Positions 29,184 through 38,759 of a DNA stretch of 64,000 nucleotides are shown here, piece after piece. A program made the position numbers and the translations under genes. The DNA is from an uncultured Nitrospiraceae bacterium (GTDB lineage: Bacteria; Nitrospirota; Nitrospiria; Nitrospirales; Nitrospiraceae). The stretch is from contig CAWJWJ010000002.1 in the NCBI GenBank assembly GCA_963846575.1, positions 2,432,001-2,496,000 on the forward strand, written 5' to 3'. The stretch's first letter is position 1, and each line of letters opens with the position of its first letter. The notes under the pieces are model-generated. The model saw only the letters and a list, made by a program, of their open reading frames with translations, made no database searches and was not told the DNA's origin.

Positions 29184-30524
29184 CTAGAGTGACTTGGCCC
29201 GGTACGTCAGCATGCGAGGCTTGAGGTATTCTTCGATCACCGTGTTCGCGGTGGTTCGTTCCTGGTCGTTGGCCAGGGTCGCCAGATATTTGTCTTTGAG
29301 TTCTCCATTCGGCTCCGGGATTAAGGCATAGCTCAACACCACTTCGATATTCGCCGGTTCCCCACCGGCTGTCACAGCCTGAGAAAACGGTACACGGCGG
29401 GTATTCCCGCCCTTAATAAAGGGATCCGGGATCGGTCCCCGCAAAATCTTCTCGTAGGAAAGACCGAACCGCTTCGTTTCCTCACCCAGCACATGACCCT
29501 GGGCATCTTTGATGGTGATTGACAGAAAAAATTGCTTCAACACAGGGTCTCCGTCGGGGAAGCTATGGGGGAGACTTCCAACCTTTACCAGCACGGTGCC
29601 CTCTACGCCTGCCCCGGACTTTGTAGCCTCCACCTCGATACGCGGCATCCATTCCGCCTGGAGATTCCGATTTTTTAACAAGGTCCCAGGAATGACGACG
29701 CCGCGGAACCAATGTCGGCCGATCGCCCGGGTCATGGACCCGCGCTTCGACGTGGAGCTGCCGGTGGACGGCTCCATGTGACAATCCTGGCATATCGTGC
29801 CTTGCAGAATTTCGCCCGGCAAGTCCTTCTGGGTAACGTCCTTCACCTTGTCGAAATGGCATGACGCGCAATAATTTGCACCACGGTACAGCGGCATCTG
29901 CGTGGCAGGATGCACCAGATTCTCTTGCGGATCGGCATAGGGTCCGTAGAGCATTTCTCCCGGCTGCACTTTGTAAGTCGGAGGTGGCTGCGGCGTAGAT
30001 TCCACAGCATTGATGAGGTGACATGATGTACAGCCGATCCCCTCCACTTGCGGCTTGCCAGACAGGATCTGCGCCGTGATTTTTTCGACATGCTGGGGAA
30101 ATACCATCACGGCCGGAGCATGGCAGGAGAGGCACCGCTGACGCTCTTGCACGGTGGGATTAGTCTGCATCCACAGTCCCAGTACGGTCCGGAACACCGG
30201 AGACTCGAAAGAGGTGCCATGTAGCAACGCGGCGTCGACCCGACCGAATGATTTGAGGTCCGGAGTCTGCTCCCGTATCCCCTTCCATTCTTCGTAATGC
30301 CGATCGTGGCACTGCTTGCACTCTTCCGACCGGATAAATATCTTTTCGATCTCAGCGACCCAGTCAGGCGAAGCCTGACCATCAGGCTTCTGGGCAATCG
30401 CCCGCTCATGCAACGTGACATTCAGCAATGCCATGAGCAGCAGAAGCCCGCCCACTGCCAGTTTCTGGATCAACCGTCCCTTATCGCTCACTAGAGGTGC
30501 ATCCTGCCTTAATCTCGTCTGCAT
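29184..30524 (-). CDS. Periplasmic pentaheme cytochrome c, paralogue of the adjacent gene
   Basis: Signal peptide ending AIA-Q; CKQCH, CLSCH, CTSCH, CASCH, CQDCH; shares YGPY and HxFxG with its neighbour. Confidence 0.9.
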   Translation of the reverse strand: MQTRLRQDAPLVSDKGRLIQKLAVGGLLLLMALLNVTLHERAIAQKPDGQASPDWVAEIEKIFIRSEECKQCHDRHYEEWKGIREQTPDLKSFGRVDAALLHGTSFESPVFRTVLGLWMQTNPTVQERQRCLSCHAPAVMVFPQHVEKITAQILSGKPQVEGIGCTSCHLINAVESTPQPPPTYKVQPGEMLYGPYADPQENLVHPATQMPLYRGANYCASCHFDKVKDVTQKDLPGEILQGTICQDCHMEPSTGSSTSKRGSMTRAIGRHWFRGVVIPGTLLKNRNLQAEWMPRIEVEATKSGAGVEGTVLVKVGSLPHSFPDGDPVLKQFFLSITIKDAQGHVLGEETKRFGLSYEKILRGPIPDPFIKGGNTRRVPFSQAVTAGGEPANIEVVLSYALIPEPNGELKDKYLATLANDQERTTANTVIEEYLKPRMLTYRAKSL

Positions 30525-30997
30525 CCAACAAAATGAAAGTTGACTCCCCAGCCGACCGGATCGCCAGGGTCGGCCGGTTCATAGGTTCCAATCGTGAAAT
30601 TACACTCCTGAAGCGAGGCCTTAATGGCATTCCCGAAATCAATCAGTGTGCGGACTTCTTTTTTATCAATCTCCTTGATGACCGATCGCACCTTGATGCC
30701 GGCGTAGTCCGCACGAGAATTGCCGATCACTTCAAACACCGCCACGCCTTCTGGCCGCTGCAACTTCAGTATCTTCTGAATCTCTTCGTCGACTTCGCCG
30801 ACAGCGATCCCGAACTCTTCTCCGAGTTGAATGGCTTCCTCCGCCGTCATCTCGCCGTTAGTGGTGGCGCCTGTGTCCGCTCCGACTGATCCGAATCCTT
30901 CCGCCACAAAGAGCACAACTCCACACACACAAAAAGCCCTTCCGAGGGAAAGGGCTTTTCCGAAAAGCAACCAGACTTTCTTTGATTGTTCCTCCAA
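30509..30997 (-). CDS. Exported PDZ-like domain protein
   Basis: Hydrophobic N-terminus; EGVAVFEVIGNSRADYAGIKVRSVIKEIDKKEV resembles HtrA-type PDZ; no protease domain. Confidence 0.65.
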   Translation of the reverse strand: MEEQSKKVWLLFGKALSLGRAFCVCGVVLFVAEGFGSVGADTGATTNGEMTAEEAIQLGEEFGIAVGEVDEEIQKILKLQRPEGVAVFEVIGNSRADYAGIKVRSVIKEIDKKEVRTLIDFGNAIKASLQECNFTIGTYEPADPGDPVGWGVNFHFVGCRRD

Positions 30998-31069
30998 CGG
31001 CTGCCCCTCATTAGCGCGATGTGATCGGCCCAGATGCAGCTACCTGACCTGTCATCCTACCAGGAATCA

Positions 31070-31912
31070 TCACATTTTTGTGACGGGGTCCAGTGACAGC
31101 TGAAACCAAGGCGCAATCGCTTTTTGCCCATTGCGCTCTTTATTCTCCCCGTTCCACACCGCGAAGGAGACCGCTTGAATATGCCCGGGCATCAATCTAG
31201 CCTCATTTTCCTGCTCCTCACTGGACAGCGGCCGACGCATCACCACCCGCCACATGCCATCCTTCCAGGTAGCTTTTCCTTGAATACGACCCTGCTTTTC
31301 CTTGGTCGTTAGAGTACTGAATCCGCCACCAATCAGATCTTCCACCGAAGAGGCTCGCCGAGGTATGACCTCAAACCGTCGCGGTTCCCCGCTGACAGCC
31401 CGATCTTTGTCTGGTGTCCTTGCGGCACGACGGTCAATATCGCTCTGCCAATCGGCTTTCCAGTGCCAAATATTGATGTAATGATCCAGTTGCCCCATGC
31501 AAAAAAAGGCAGGTGCGTCTCCAAGCGGCAAGCCCAACGCCACTCCATCGCGGAAGGTGCCCGGGGTGAGCCGATCATTTTTCGTATTGTCCTGCCATTC
31601 AAGCAGAAATGCGATGTCGATCCCGTTATGTACGGCGCGAACGGCCAGCGCATGGGCTGTCGGCTCTGGCCACACCGGTCGCGTAATGATCTGTCCACTA
31701 AGGGGCAGGGTCATGGGAGCGATTTTTTGCCAGAGTGGGTCCTCAGGCGCGACGGGGATGTCTCCCGCGACCGCCTGAGCACGAATGATCATACCTTCCG
31801 AACTGACTATGGGGATACCGAGACCGCCCAGAATGAGCGCGAAAAGAAGGAGACTAGAAAGGAAATACAAGAGCTTAGTACGGGATGTGTGAACCGATGT
31901 CATTCGCCTCAT
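31070..31912 (-). CDS. Ethylbenzene-dehydrogenase-gamma-like (EB_dh/DOMON heme b) protein; NxrC candidate
   Basis: Signal/anchor; LEWQDNTKN, FRDGVAL, FCMGQ (Met ligand), INIWHWKADWQ, FAVWNGENKERNGQK (Lys ligand). Confidence 0.85.
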   Translation of the reverse strand: MRRMTSVHTSRTKLLYFLSSLLLFALILGGLGIPIVSSEGMIIRAQAVAGDIPVAPEDPLWQKIAPMTLPLSGQIITRPVWPEPTAHALAVRAVHNGIDIAFLLEWQDNTKNDRLTPGTFRDGVALGLPLGDAPAFFCMGQLDHYINIWHWKADWQSDIDRRAARTPDKDRAVSGEPRRFEVIPRRASSVEDLIGGGFSTLTTKEKQGRIQGKATWKDGMWRVVMRRPLSSEEQENEARLMPGHIQAVSFAVWNGENKERNGQKAIAPWFQLSLDPVTKM

Positions 31913-31989
31913 GTCCCGGCACGACGTCCTAGCCGTGAAATCTCATACTCACACTTCGCAACTGCGAGCGGTGAAACCTCGACCTGTTC

Positions 31990-33243
31990 CTACCACAGCT
32001 TTGCGCGACGGATTTTATTTTCTCCCCGCTCACAGATATACAGATACCCTTGTGAGTCGAGCGCCAGGCCCACAGGAGAATTGACGACCGCCTCAACCGC
32101 CAGAAGGCCATCTCCATGCTTGAGCCCACCGGCCGCATCCTTGGCGACAAAACGAGCGGCACCACAGCCGCCCATGTTTTTATCGTCATAGCCGCTGTCC
32201 CCATTCCCGGACACTGTACTGATGAGCCCCGTATCAGCATCGACTTTGCGGACTCTGTGATTACCAGTATCGGAAATGTAGGCGTGATTATGTTGATCGA
32301 ACACAATGGCTTCGGGAGCGTGCAACATCGATTTCGTTGCCGGCTTGCCGTCGCCGTCGTAGCCATACCGGCACACCCCGGCAAGAGTTGAGATCAGGCC
32401 GGTCTTGCGATCTATTTTCCGTACCCGATTACTCCCCTTGTCCACAACATAGACGTCACCCGCATTGTCTACCGCGATGCCGACAATATCATAGAGCCTC
32501 GCATCCATTGCCGGCCGACCGTCATCCAAATACATGGAGAGGCTGAGCCCGTCCGAACAGACCGGCATGAGCCATCCATTGTCATCACTGAAATCGATTC
32601 CAATCGCATCGCCGGACAATACGACCAGGCTCCGGGCGACCAGAGGCTGCTCACGGGCCTCGTCTTCCGCGGTCCAGCTTCCCGCAATGGTTTCCACACG
32701 GCCGGTTCTCGAATCGTACCGGCGAATCCGATGCGCCTGTGTATCGGCGATATACATCACATCGGCGGCGTCGAATGCTATCGCCGCCGGCCAAGTCAAA
32801 TTCACTTCCAATGCCGCGCCATCGCCATTGAACCCGTGCTCACCGGTTCCCACTACGGTCGTAATGATGCCTGTCTCGCGATCGACCTTGCGGATCCGGT
32901 TACTGCCTGAATCACAGATATACAGATCGTTATGTGAATCAAACGCCACGTCGAGCGGCAGGTACAGTCCGGCCTCTCCGCAAAGGCCCTCGTCCCCACT
33001 GTAGCAAGTCTCACCAATGCCGGCAAAGTTATGGAGAGTGCCTTCGGCAAGATTGACGCGCCGCACACGATCAGACCCGGATTCGGCGAAATACAGCCAC
33101 CGCTCCTCACGGTCCAAGGCCACGTGGTGAGGAAGGGGGATGCCCGCTTTTACGGCACGTTTGCCGTCTCCGGTGCTTCGGGCTTTGCCGTTTCCTGCGA
33201 AGGTTTCAATGTACCCGATGGCTAACTGGACATCTGTTTCCAT
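31990..33243 (-). CDS. NHL-repeat beta-propeller protein
   Basis: Repeated LYICDSGSNRIRKVD-TGIITTVVGTG / YISDTGNHRVRKVD units with GDG linkers; no signal peptide. Confidence 0.88.
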   Translation of the reverse strand: METDVQLAIGYIETFAGNGKARSTGDGKRAVKAGIPLPHHVALDREERWLYFAESGSDRVRRVNLAEGTLHNFAGIGETCYSGDEGLCGEAGLYLPLDVAFDSHNDLYICDSGSNRIRKVDRETGIITTVVGTGEHGFNGDGAALEVNLTWPAAIAFDAADVMYIADTQAHRIRRYDSRTGRVETIAGSWTAEDEAREQPLVARSLVVLSGDAIGIDFSDDNGWLMPVCSDGLSLSMYLDDGRPAMDARLYDIVGIAVDNAGDVYVVDKGSNRVRKIDRKTGLISTLAGVCRYGYDGDGKPATKSMLHAPEAIVFDQHNHAYISDTGNHRVRKVDADTGLISTVSGNGDSGYDDKNMGGCGAARFVAKDAAGGLKHGDGLLAVEAVVNSPVGLALDSQGYLYICERGENKIRRAKLW

Positions 33244-33287
33244 AACTTGGTCGATCCGTTCTGTGCTAAGGCCGTTATGTATGCGAT

Positions 33288-33575
33288 CTACGCGCGCGCC
33301 GCTGGAGGCGTAGCGCCTACTGGCTGCTCCACGGAAGGCGGCGGCATGGAGACCGAAGGCTGCGCCTGAATGGCTTGTGCCTGCACCGGTTCGGCCTGCT
33401 GGGCTTGAGCCTGGGCTTCAGCTTCAATCGCGTCCGCCTCGTGGACAGACTTTTTGAACCCCTTAATCGCTTTGCCAATGCCTTCACCCAACTGCGGCAA
33501 TTTCCCGGCCCCGAAGATGATCAGCACGATAAACAGGATCAGGATTAGCTCTGTAAAACCAAGGCTGCCAAACAT
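33288..33575 (-). CDS. tatA: Twin-arginine translocase subunit TatA
   Basis: [38 protein letters not shown]. Confidence 0.95.
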   Translation of the reverse strand: MFGSLGFTELILILFIVLIIFGAGKLPQLGEGIGKAIKGFKKSVHEADAIEAEAQAQAQQAEPVQAQAIQAQPSVSMPPPSVEQPVGATPPAARA

Positions 33576-33599
33576 GGTGGTTCTCCTTTGCTCACATGT

Positions 33600-34418
33600 T
33601 CAGTGTTCAGGATGCGCTCCCTCTTTTGCCTTCTTCGCGAATCGTTCCTTCAGGCGCTGGCGAGCTTGTTCGGCCTGTTCAAACATCTTGCACTTATCGT
33701 AGACGCTGATCAAATTATAATAGGCCAGCGGCTCATCCGGACTGTGCTCCACAGCACTCTCCATCACCTTGATCGCCAGATCGGTCTTCTTGTGATTGAG
33801 GGCAATTTCCATCAGCTTGAAGCTGGCTTCCAAATGCTTCGGATCCAGTTCGAGAACCCGCAAGTAACACTGGATTGCCATGTCCATGGTGTTATAGTCC
33901 GACACCTGCGGATTGTCGAGTTCCACATAGACGGCCGCGAGATTGTACCATGCCATGGGGTCGTCCGGAGTGATCTCCACGAGTCGTTCATAATAGTTTT
34001 TCGACTCCATGTATTTTCTTTTGTCCGCCTGCACGCGGCCGAGATTGAACAGGGCCAGGACATCGTAGGCATGAACATCAAGGGCCTTCTTGAATTCCGC
34101 CTCGGCCTCATCGATCATACCCTTCGTAGCATAAATGGTCCCGAGGTTTGAGTAATACATGGCGAGTGAGCGGTTCATTTCCGCCCTGAGGCCCTCGGCC
34201 ATCTCAATTGATTTCTTCACTTCGGTCAACGCATCATCCAGGCGACCTTTGCTGAAATACAGTTCCCCCAGCCGACACCGGGCCTGAAAATCATCCGGCT
34301 CGGTGCTGAGCAATTTCTCGATCTCGATAATTTCCTCATCGGGATTCAAGGCTTGATCCTCTGGGTCGATCGCTGCACTGCCTTGCTCCACGCCGGCCGC
34401 TTGTGTCTGTTCATCCAT
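33600..34418 (-). CDS. Tetratricopeptide-repeat protein
   Basis: Multiple TPRs (ARCRLGELY, YSNLGTIY, ALFNLGRV, AWYNLAAVY, AYYNLISVY). Confidence 0.88.
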   Translation of the reverse strand: MDEQTQAAGVEQGSAAIDPEDQALNPDEEIIEIEKLLSTEPDDFQARCRLGELYFSKGRLDDALTEVKKSIEMAEGLRAEMNRSLAMYYSNLGTIYATKGMIDEAEAEFKKALDVHAYDVLALFNLGRVQADKRKYMESKNYYERLVEITPDDPMAWYNLAAVYVELDNPQVSDYNTMDMAIQCYLRVLELDPKHLEASFKLMEIALNHKKTDLAIKVMESAVEHSPDEPLAYYNLISVYDKCKMFEQAEQARQRLKERFAKKAKEGAHPEH

Positions 34419-34452
34419 AGCTACGTATCCTAATCTGGGTGACGAAAAGAAA

Positions 34453-35574
34453 TTAAATTTGTCCACCAACAAAAGAATCCTGCGAGCCCATGAGCGGAGG
34501 CTTGGTCACCGCCGCCTGTTCCATCGAGGCACCCTGGGGCCGGTCGAGCGTGAGTAACATCACCCCGAGAATGACCATGAGGCTCAAATTTGAAAATAGC
34601 AACGCATACCCGGCGATAAACATCAAAGCAAGCCCATATCCCGCAAGGCGTCCCATCGTGACAAGCCTGATCACCGTATAAGACCAGCAGAGAAGTCCTG
34701 CAACGTAAAACGCGAAGGGCAAGTAGAAGGTATACCCCATGCCCATCTGAAAGATCCAGCTGATCCCCTCACCGGCTTTCCGGATCGAATGGGCCAGCAC
34801 TGGATTGTAGAGTCCCAGAAAATAGTCCATGAACAACAAGGCGAAAAACACGACGACCGAGACCCCCCCGAACCAGATCGCGCGCCGCCGCTGCTGTCGA
34901 TTTCTGGTCCGAAACGACACACCCTGACCATACGCGAAGAACACGAGGATGCTCGCAAGAACCATCAGAGCTTCGCCGAGACGATTGGCTTCATAGACGA
35001 GCGGCGGAGCCGCAATCACCCCCATCCACCCATAGGTGGTGGAGAAAATCTGGTAGTAGAGCCATCCTGAAATACCCAAATAATAGGTCGCGCCCATGAT
35101 CCGCTTCGACCACTCCTTATGCTGCGACAGATATTCAATCATTAAGGCGGTCAGCGCGATAAGTGTAGTGACATTGTACGCAATGGAGCCCAGCATGGCC
35201 GGCGGCACGATCAGGAAGGCGACGGTAAGTATCAACAGCAGCCCCACGCTTGGAATGGTGACGGCATGGATACCGGTGAGGCCTCTGGCCCGCATTCTAT
35301 TTACTAACAGGACAACGAGGGCTAGGAAGACGAAGATCGCTACGACATTCAACAGGGCGAAGCCGACGGAAGTGAGTAGCTGAAATGTAGTTCCGACCCA
35401 CTCATGTTGCGCAGCAATTTTGCTGATATGCATCCCGAGGCGGGAAACAAGTCGATAGAGAACCAGTTCAAAAAAACCGACGAACAGTACCAGCTTGATA
35501 GTGTATTCGAACAGTAAGCCCTGATCCTGAACCCGTCCAGTGGAGCGTTCGACCGTGGCGGCTATGCCAGACAT
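34453..35574 (-). CDS. Polytopic membrane protein of unknown function
   Basis: About 9-10 hydrophobic segments; co-oriented within the cluster. Confidence 0.78.
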   Translation of the reverse strand: MSGIAATVERSTGRVQDQGLLFEYTIKLVLFVGFFELVLYRLVSRLGMHISKIAAQHEWVGTTFQLLTSVGFALLNVVAIFVFLALVVLLVNRMRARGLTGIHAVTIPSVGLLLILTVAFLIVPPAMLGSIAYNVTTLIALTALMIEYLSQHKEWSKRIMGATYYLGISGWLYYQIFSTTYGWMGVIAAPPLVYEANRLGEALMVLASILVFFAYGQGVSFRTRNRQQRRRAIWFGGVSVVVFFALLFMDYFLGLYNPVLAHSIRKAGEGISWIFQMGMGYTFYLPFAFYVAGLLCWSYTVIRLVTMGRLAGYGLALMFIAGYALLFSNLSLMVILGVMLLTLDRPQGASMEQAAVTKPPLMGSQDSFVGGQI

Positions 35575-35651
35575 TTCTAGCCCCCTGTGCAAAACGTTAG
35601 GATGGCCCAAACACCGACGATGGACCCTCATCCGCGAGAACTTTCGAGAGT

Positions 35652-37433
35652 CTAGGAGCCGGTCGGCTGGGGCACTTGCAACGCTTGCGATTTAGCCCGG
35701 GCAATGTATAACAACCCGTCGGCCATTGAATAGTTAAACGGCAGCTCACACACGACTTCACTGATTTTTTCATACACCTGCTGATACAACTGTTCGGCCT
35801 GAGCAGGAGTCATCCCTTCTTGTACTTCATAGAAGAAGCCCAGGCTCAAATCCTCTGTAGCAGGCCTCATAATTCGTCGGATACCGTAACTGCCTGGATC
35901 ACTCATGATCGGCGCTTCTTTTTCCAAGTCGAAAAGGCAGGGTTGGCACGAAAACCCGTAGGACTGGTTGAGCTTGGTATTCCCGACCACGAAGTTCATC
36001 GTATCGAGTGCTTCCTCTTCCTTTTCCGTGGGGAATCCGACGATCACATAACAATGTACGGCAATGCCAAGATCGACGCAATCATCTGCGATCCGACGCA
36101 CCGACTCCTGCTTGATCCCCTTCTTCATGAAATCCATGACCCGCTGATTGAACGACTCAAGACCAAATACGATTTTCAAACAGCCTGCGTCCCGCATCTG
36201 CGTGAGCAATTCGCGTGTGAGGTTTTTCTCGAACCGTAACTCACAGGTCCATTTCACATTTAACTGACGGTCGATCATTTGCTGGCAGAGGCGTTTGGTC
36301 GGAGACAAGGCAAAACATTCATCGGTGAAGAAAAAGGACTCCGCCCCATAACGTTCCTTTAACCAGGCCAGATCGTCGACGGTTTTTCCTGGGTCACGCT
36401 GACGGAAATTCTGGTGATCCAGTGTCAGCGCGCAGAAGGCGCAGTCCTTGTAATAACACCCCCGGGAAAATTGCACAGGCAGAACGGGTTCCGGCGATAG
36501 GTACAGATCGAGCGGAAACCCATCGTAGTTCGGGGCCGTGAGCTGGTTTATGTTTTCAGAGTAAAATGGCTGATTGACCGTGATTTTGTCATTCTGCCTG
36601 TAAATCAGATTGGGGACTTTACTGAAGTCCCGTTTACCGTCCATCTGATTGACAAGTTCCAGGAGAGCCGTTTCTCCCTCAAAAACCACAAAATCATCGA
36701 CAAGGTCAAAGAGCCAGGGGCAGCGCCGCAGGTTATCTACAAGCCTGGTAAAAATACTTCCGCCAACCGTTACATGCATTTCCGGTGCATGCTCTTTAAT
36801 CAATCGGCAGAGTGTCAGGCCCGGGATAATTTGTGAGGTAGCAGTAATAGACACGCCGACCAAATCCGGACGATCCGTCAAAAGGGACGGCAACACATGA
36901 TCGCGGAATAAACTTACATATGGGTTCTGAGTCTCATCGCGAATGGCCTTCACCAGGTCTTTGGACGAATAGATCGAGTAGTCTCCAAACTGGTTGTCGA
37001 CGACAGTCATCCGTGTCGGGAAATACAGAGACGAAATCACCTCAAGCCATTTATCGATCAGGAAAAGACTGTTGCGGTAAGCCTCAATATCATAGAAACC
37101 CTCGCCTCTCAAAGTCTCCTTCGCCAATTCGATTCGCTCGAACAGATAGGGAAATCGATCCAGAGACTCGATGATCTTTGCAAGTTGTTCAGCGCTACCC
37201 GGGCCGGTTTCACCCGTGCGCTCACGCTCGAGGTCATGTTGCTTACCCACCAGCTGCTGATAAAGATTCTGTGCAAATGTCTGCGTTAGGACCTTATCCA
37301 ACAATTCAATGCCGAGATCGCGCTGAGAGACATTTTTCACACCCGCCTGCGCAAGAAACCCCGTAAGCGAAGGCAGGCTCAGGTAGGGCTGGGAGGGGTG
37401 CCAAGTGGGAGGAAACAAAAGTGAAACTTTCAT
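35652..37433 (-). CDS. B12-binding-domain radical SAM protein
   Basis: LLFPPTWHPSQPYLSLPSL, PDLVGVSI...HVTVGGS (cobalamin-binding), SRGCYYKDCAFC (Cx4Cx2C), FFTDE, GLES, IVGFPTE. Confidence 0.9.
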   Translation of the reverse strand: MKVSLLFPPTWHPSQPYLSLPSLTGFLAQAGVKNVSQRDLGIELLDKVLTQTFAQNLYQQLVGKQHDLERERTGETGPGSAEQLAKIIESLDRFPYLFERIELAKETLRGEGFYDIEAYRNSLFLIDKWLEVISSLYFPTRMTVVDNQFGDYSIYSSKDLVKAIRDETQNPYVSLFRDHVLPSLLTDRPDLVGVSITATSQIIPGLTLCRLIKEHAPEMHVTVGGSIFTRLVDNLRRCPWLFDLVDDFVVFEGETALLELVNQMDGKRDFSKVPNLIYRQNDKITVNQPFYSENINQLTAPNYDGFPLDLYLSPEPVLPVQFSRGCYYKDCAFCALTLDHQNFRQRDPGKTVDDLAWLKERYGAESFFFTDECFALSPTKRLCQQMIDRQLNVKWTCELRFEKNLTRELLTQMRDAGCLKIVFGLESFNQRVMDFMKKGIKQESVRRIADDCVDLGIAVHCYVIVGFPTEKEEEALDTMNFVVGNTKLNQSYGFSCQPCLFDLEKEAPIMSDPGSYGIRRIMRPATEDLSLGFFYEVQEGMTPAQAEQLYQQVYEKISEVVCELPFNYSMADGLLYIARAKSQALQVPQPTGS

Positions 37434-37706
37434 AAGGCAATCTTTATATTAAGCAGGAAAATCAGGGTTTTCAGTAGCATTACGCCGTATCGGTTTATAC
37501 ACTCCGCTCCCGTTCAAATGCAACCCTGCGCGACCAGCAGGCCGCAAGAAATCACAATTCTTAAGTGCATGCCTGCCCCTTATAAATGCACGAAGGCCCC
37601 GATCCTTTTTGCCCTTCCAGGCAACGGCTCGGGGCCTCCTGCAACCATTTAGAAACGATACTCCTACTCGACGACTGAGTAGAAGATCTTCCCTAGCTCA
37701 CTTGGT

Positions 37707-38660
37707 TTACGGCAGCTTCAATGTAAACCAGGTGGAGAGTGCCTTCATACCGTTTCGTTCGATGTTGTTACCATCCCACACTGCAAACGCGATGGGCACG
37801 GAGGCTCCACCCTTAAATTGCGTGTCGTTTGCATCGCCAGTCTCCAGCGAACGCTTCACGACCACACGCCAAGTTGGGCCTGAGTATCCACCACCCTTGA
37901 GGGACCCTGACGGCTCCCACACACCATTGCCGATCACATCCTGGTGGGCTTGCGTGGTTAAGGTGCTAAACCCGTTAGCATTCAGATCCTCGACGGAGCT
38001 GACGCGCAGGGTTGGATCCGACATAATGTTACCGGACCAAATACCGCTGTTGAATGGACCAAGACTCCGACCGATACGATCAGGATAGGTGACCCCACCA
38101 GCTGGCTCCTCGAAATAGTAGTCCCAGAAGATACCAGGATATTGGTCATCCACATCCCACATTCCGGCGCTGTCCTTACCAAGATCCTTCTGCCACTCCG
38201 CGTTCCAGCGCCAGATATTGACCGTACCTCCAGACTGTCCCATACACTGAAATGGCGGTGCTCCCGCGGTGTTCACGGGGAACATGATCGCCACCTGATC
38301 ACGAAAATCCTGCGGTCCGATCGCCGTGTCGTTCTTGGTCTGATCGTTCCAATCGAGGCGCAAGCCTAACTCTTTCCCATTCGTAACCGCCTTCACAAAT
38401 ACCGACTTCACCGAAATATTCGGATGCATCGGTGTCGTGATGGTCTGGCCGCTCAACGGAATAATGACACCCGGCACTCCTTCCCAGATGGGGTTTGCAC
38501 CGTCCATCGGGATTGCCCCCTTGATCGCCTTCGCGGGAATGGTCACCGGTTGGCTGACCGCGAGAGGCACCTGCCCGATCGTCAACATAATGCCAACGAT
38601 CAGCGCAGAGAACAGTATGCCAAACACCAAACGCTTGTTGCGTGTCTGCACCAGTCTCAT
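37707..38660 (-). CDS. nxrC: NXR gamma-subunit-like heme b protein (EB_dh fold); best NxrC candidate in the window
   Basis: GAGGAGG RBS; Sec-type signal; DWNDQTKN, FRDQVAIMFP, FQCMGQ, VNIWRWNAEWQ, FAVWDGNNIERNGMK; directly follows the TorD-like chaperone. Confidence 0.78.
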   Translation of the reverse strand: MRLVQTRNKRLVFGILFSALIVGIMLTIGQVPLAVSQPVTIPAKAIKGAIPMDGANPIWEGVPGVIIPLSGQTITTPMHPNISVKSVFVKAVTNGKELGLRLDWNDQTKNDTAIGPQDFRDQVAIMFPVNTAGAPPFQCMGQSGGTVNIWRWNAEWQKDLGKDSAGMWDVDDQYPGIFWDYYFEEPAGGVTYPDRIGRSLGPFNSGIWSGNIMSDPTLRVSSVEDLNANGFSTLTTQAHQDVIGNGVWEPSGSLKGGGYSGPTWRVVVKRSLETGDANDTQFKGGASVPIAFAVWDGNNIERNGMKALSTWFTLKLP

Positions 38661-38759
38661 TGCGTATGCCCTCCTCTGAAAGATTAATAAGAAAAAGAAC
38701 TGAGCCCTTATAACGTCCACCGAAAACCGAATCCCGCACTGCCCGCGAACCGAGAACCC

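Noticed and set aside
33288..33440. Q/A/P-rich repeat-like tail of TatA
   Set aside because: Ordinary low-complexity TatA C-terminus, not a DNA repeat element.
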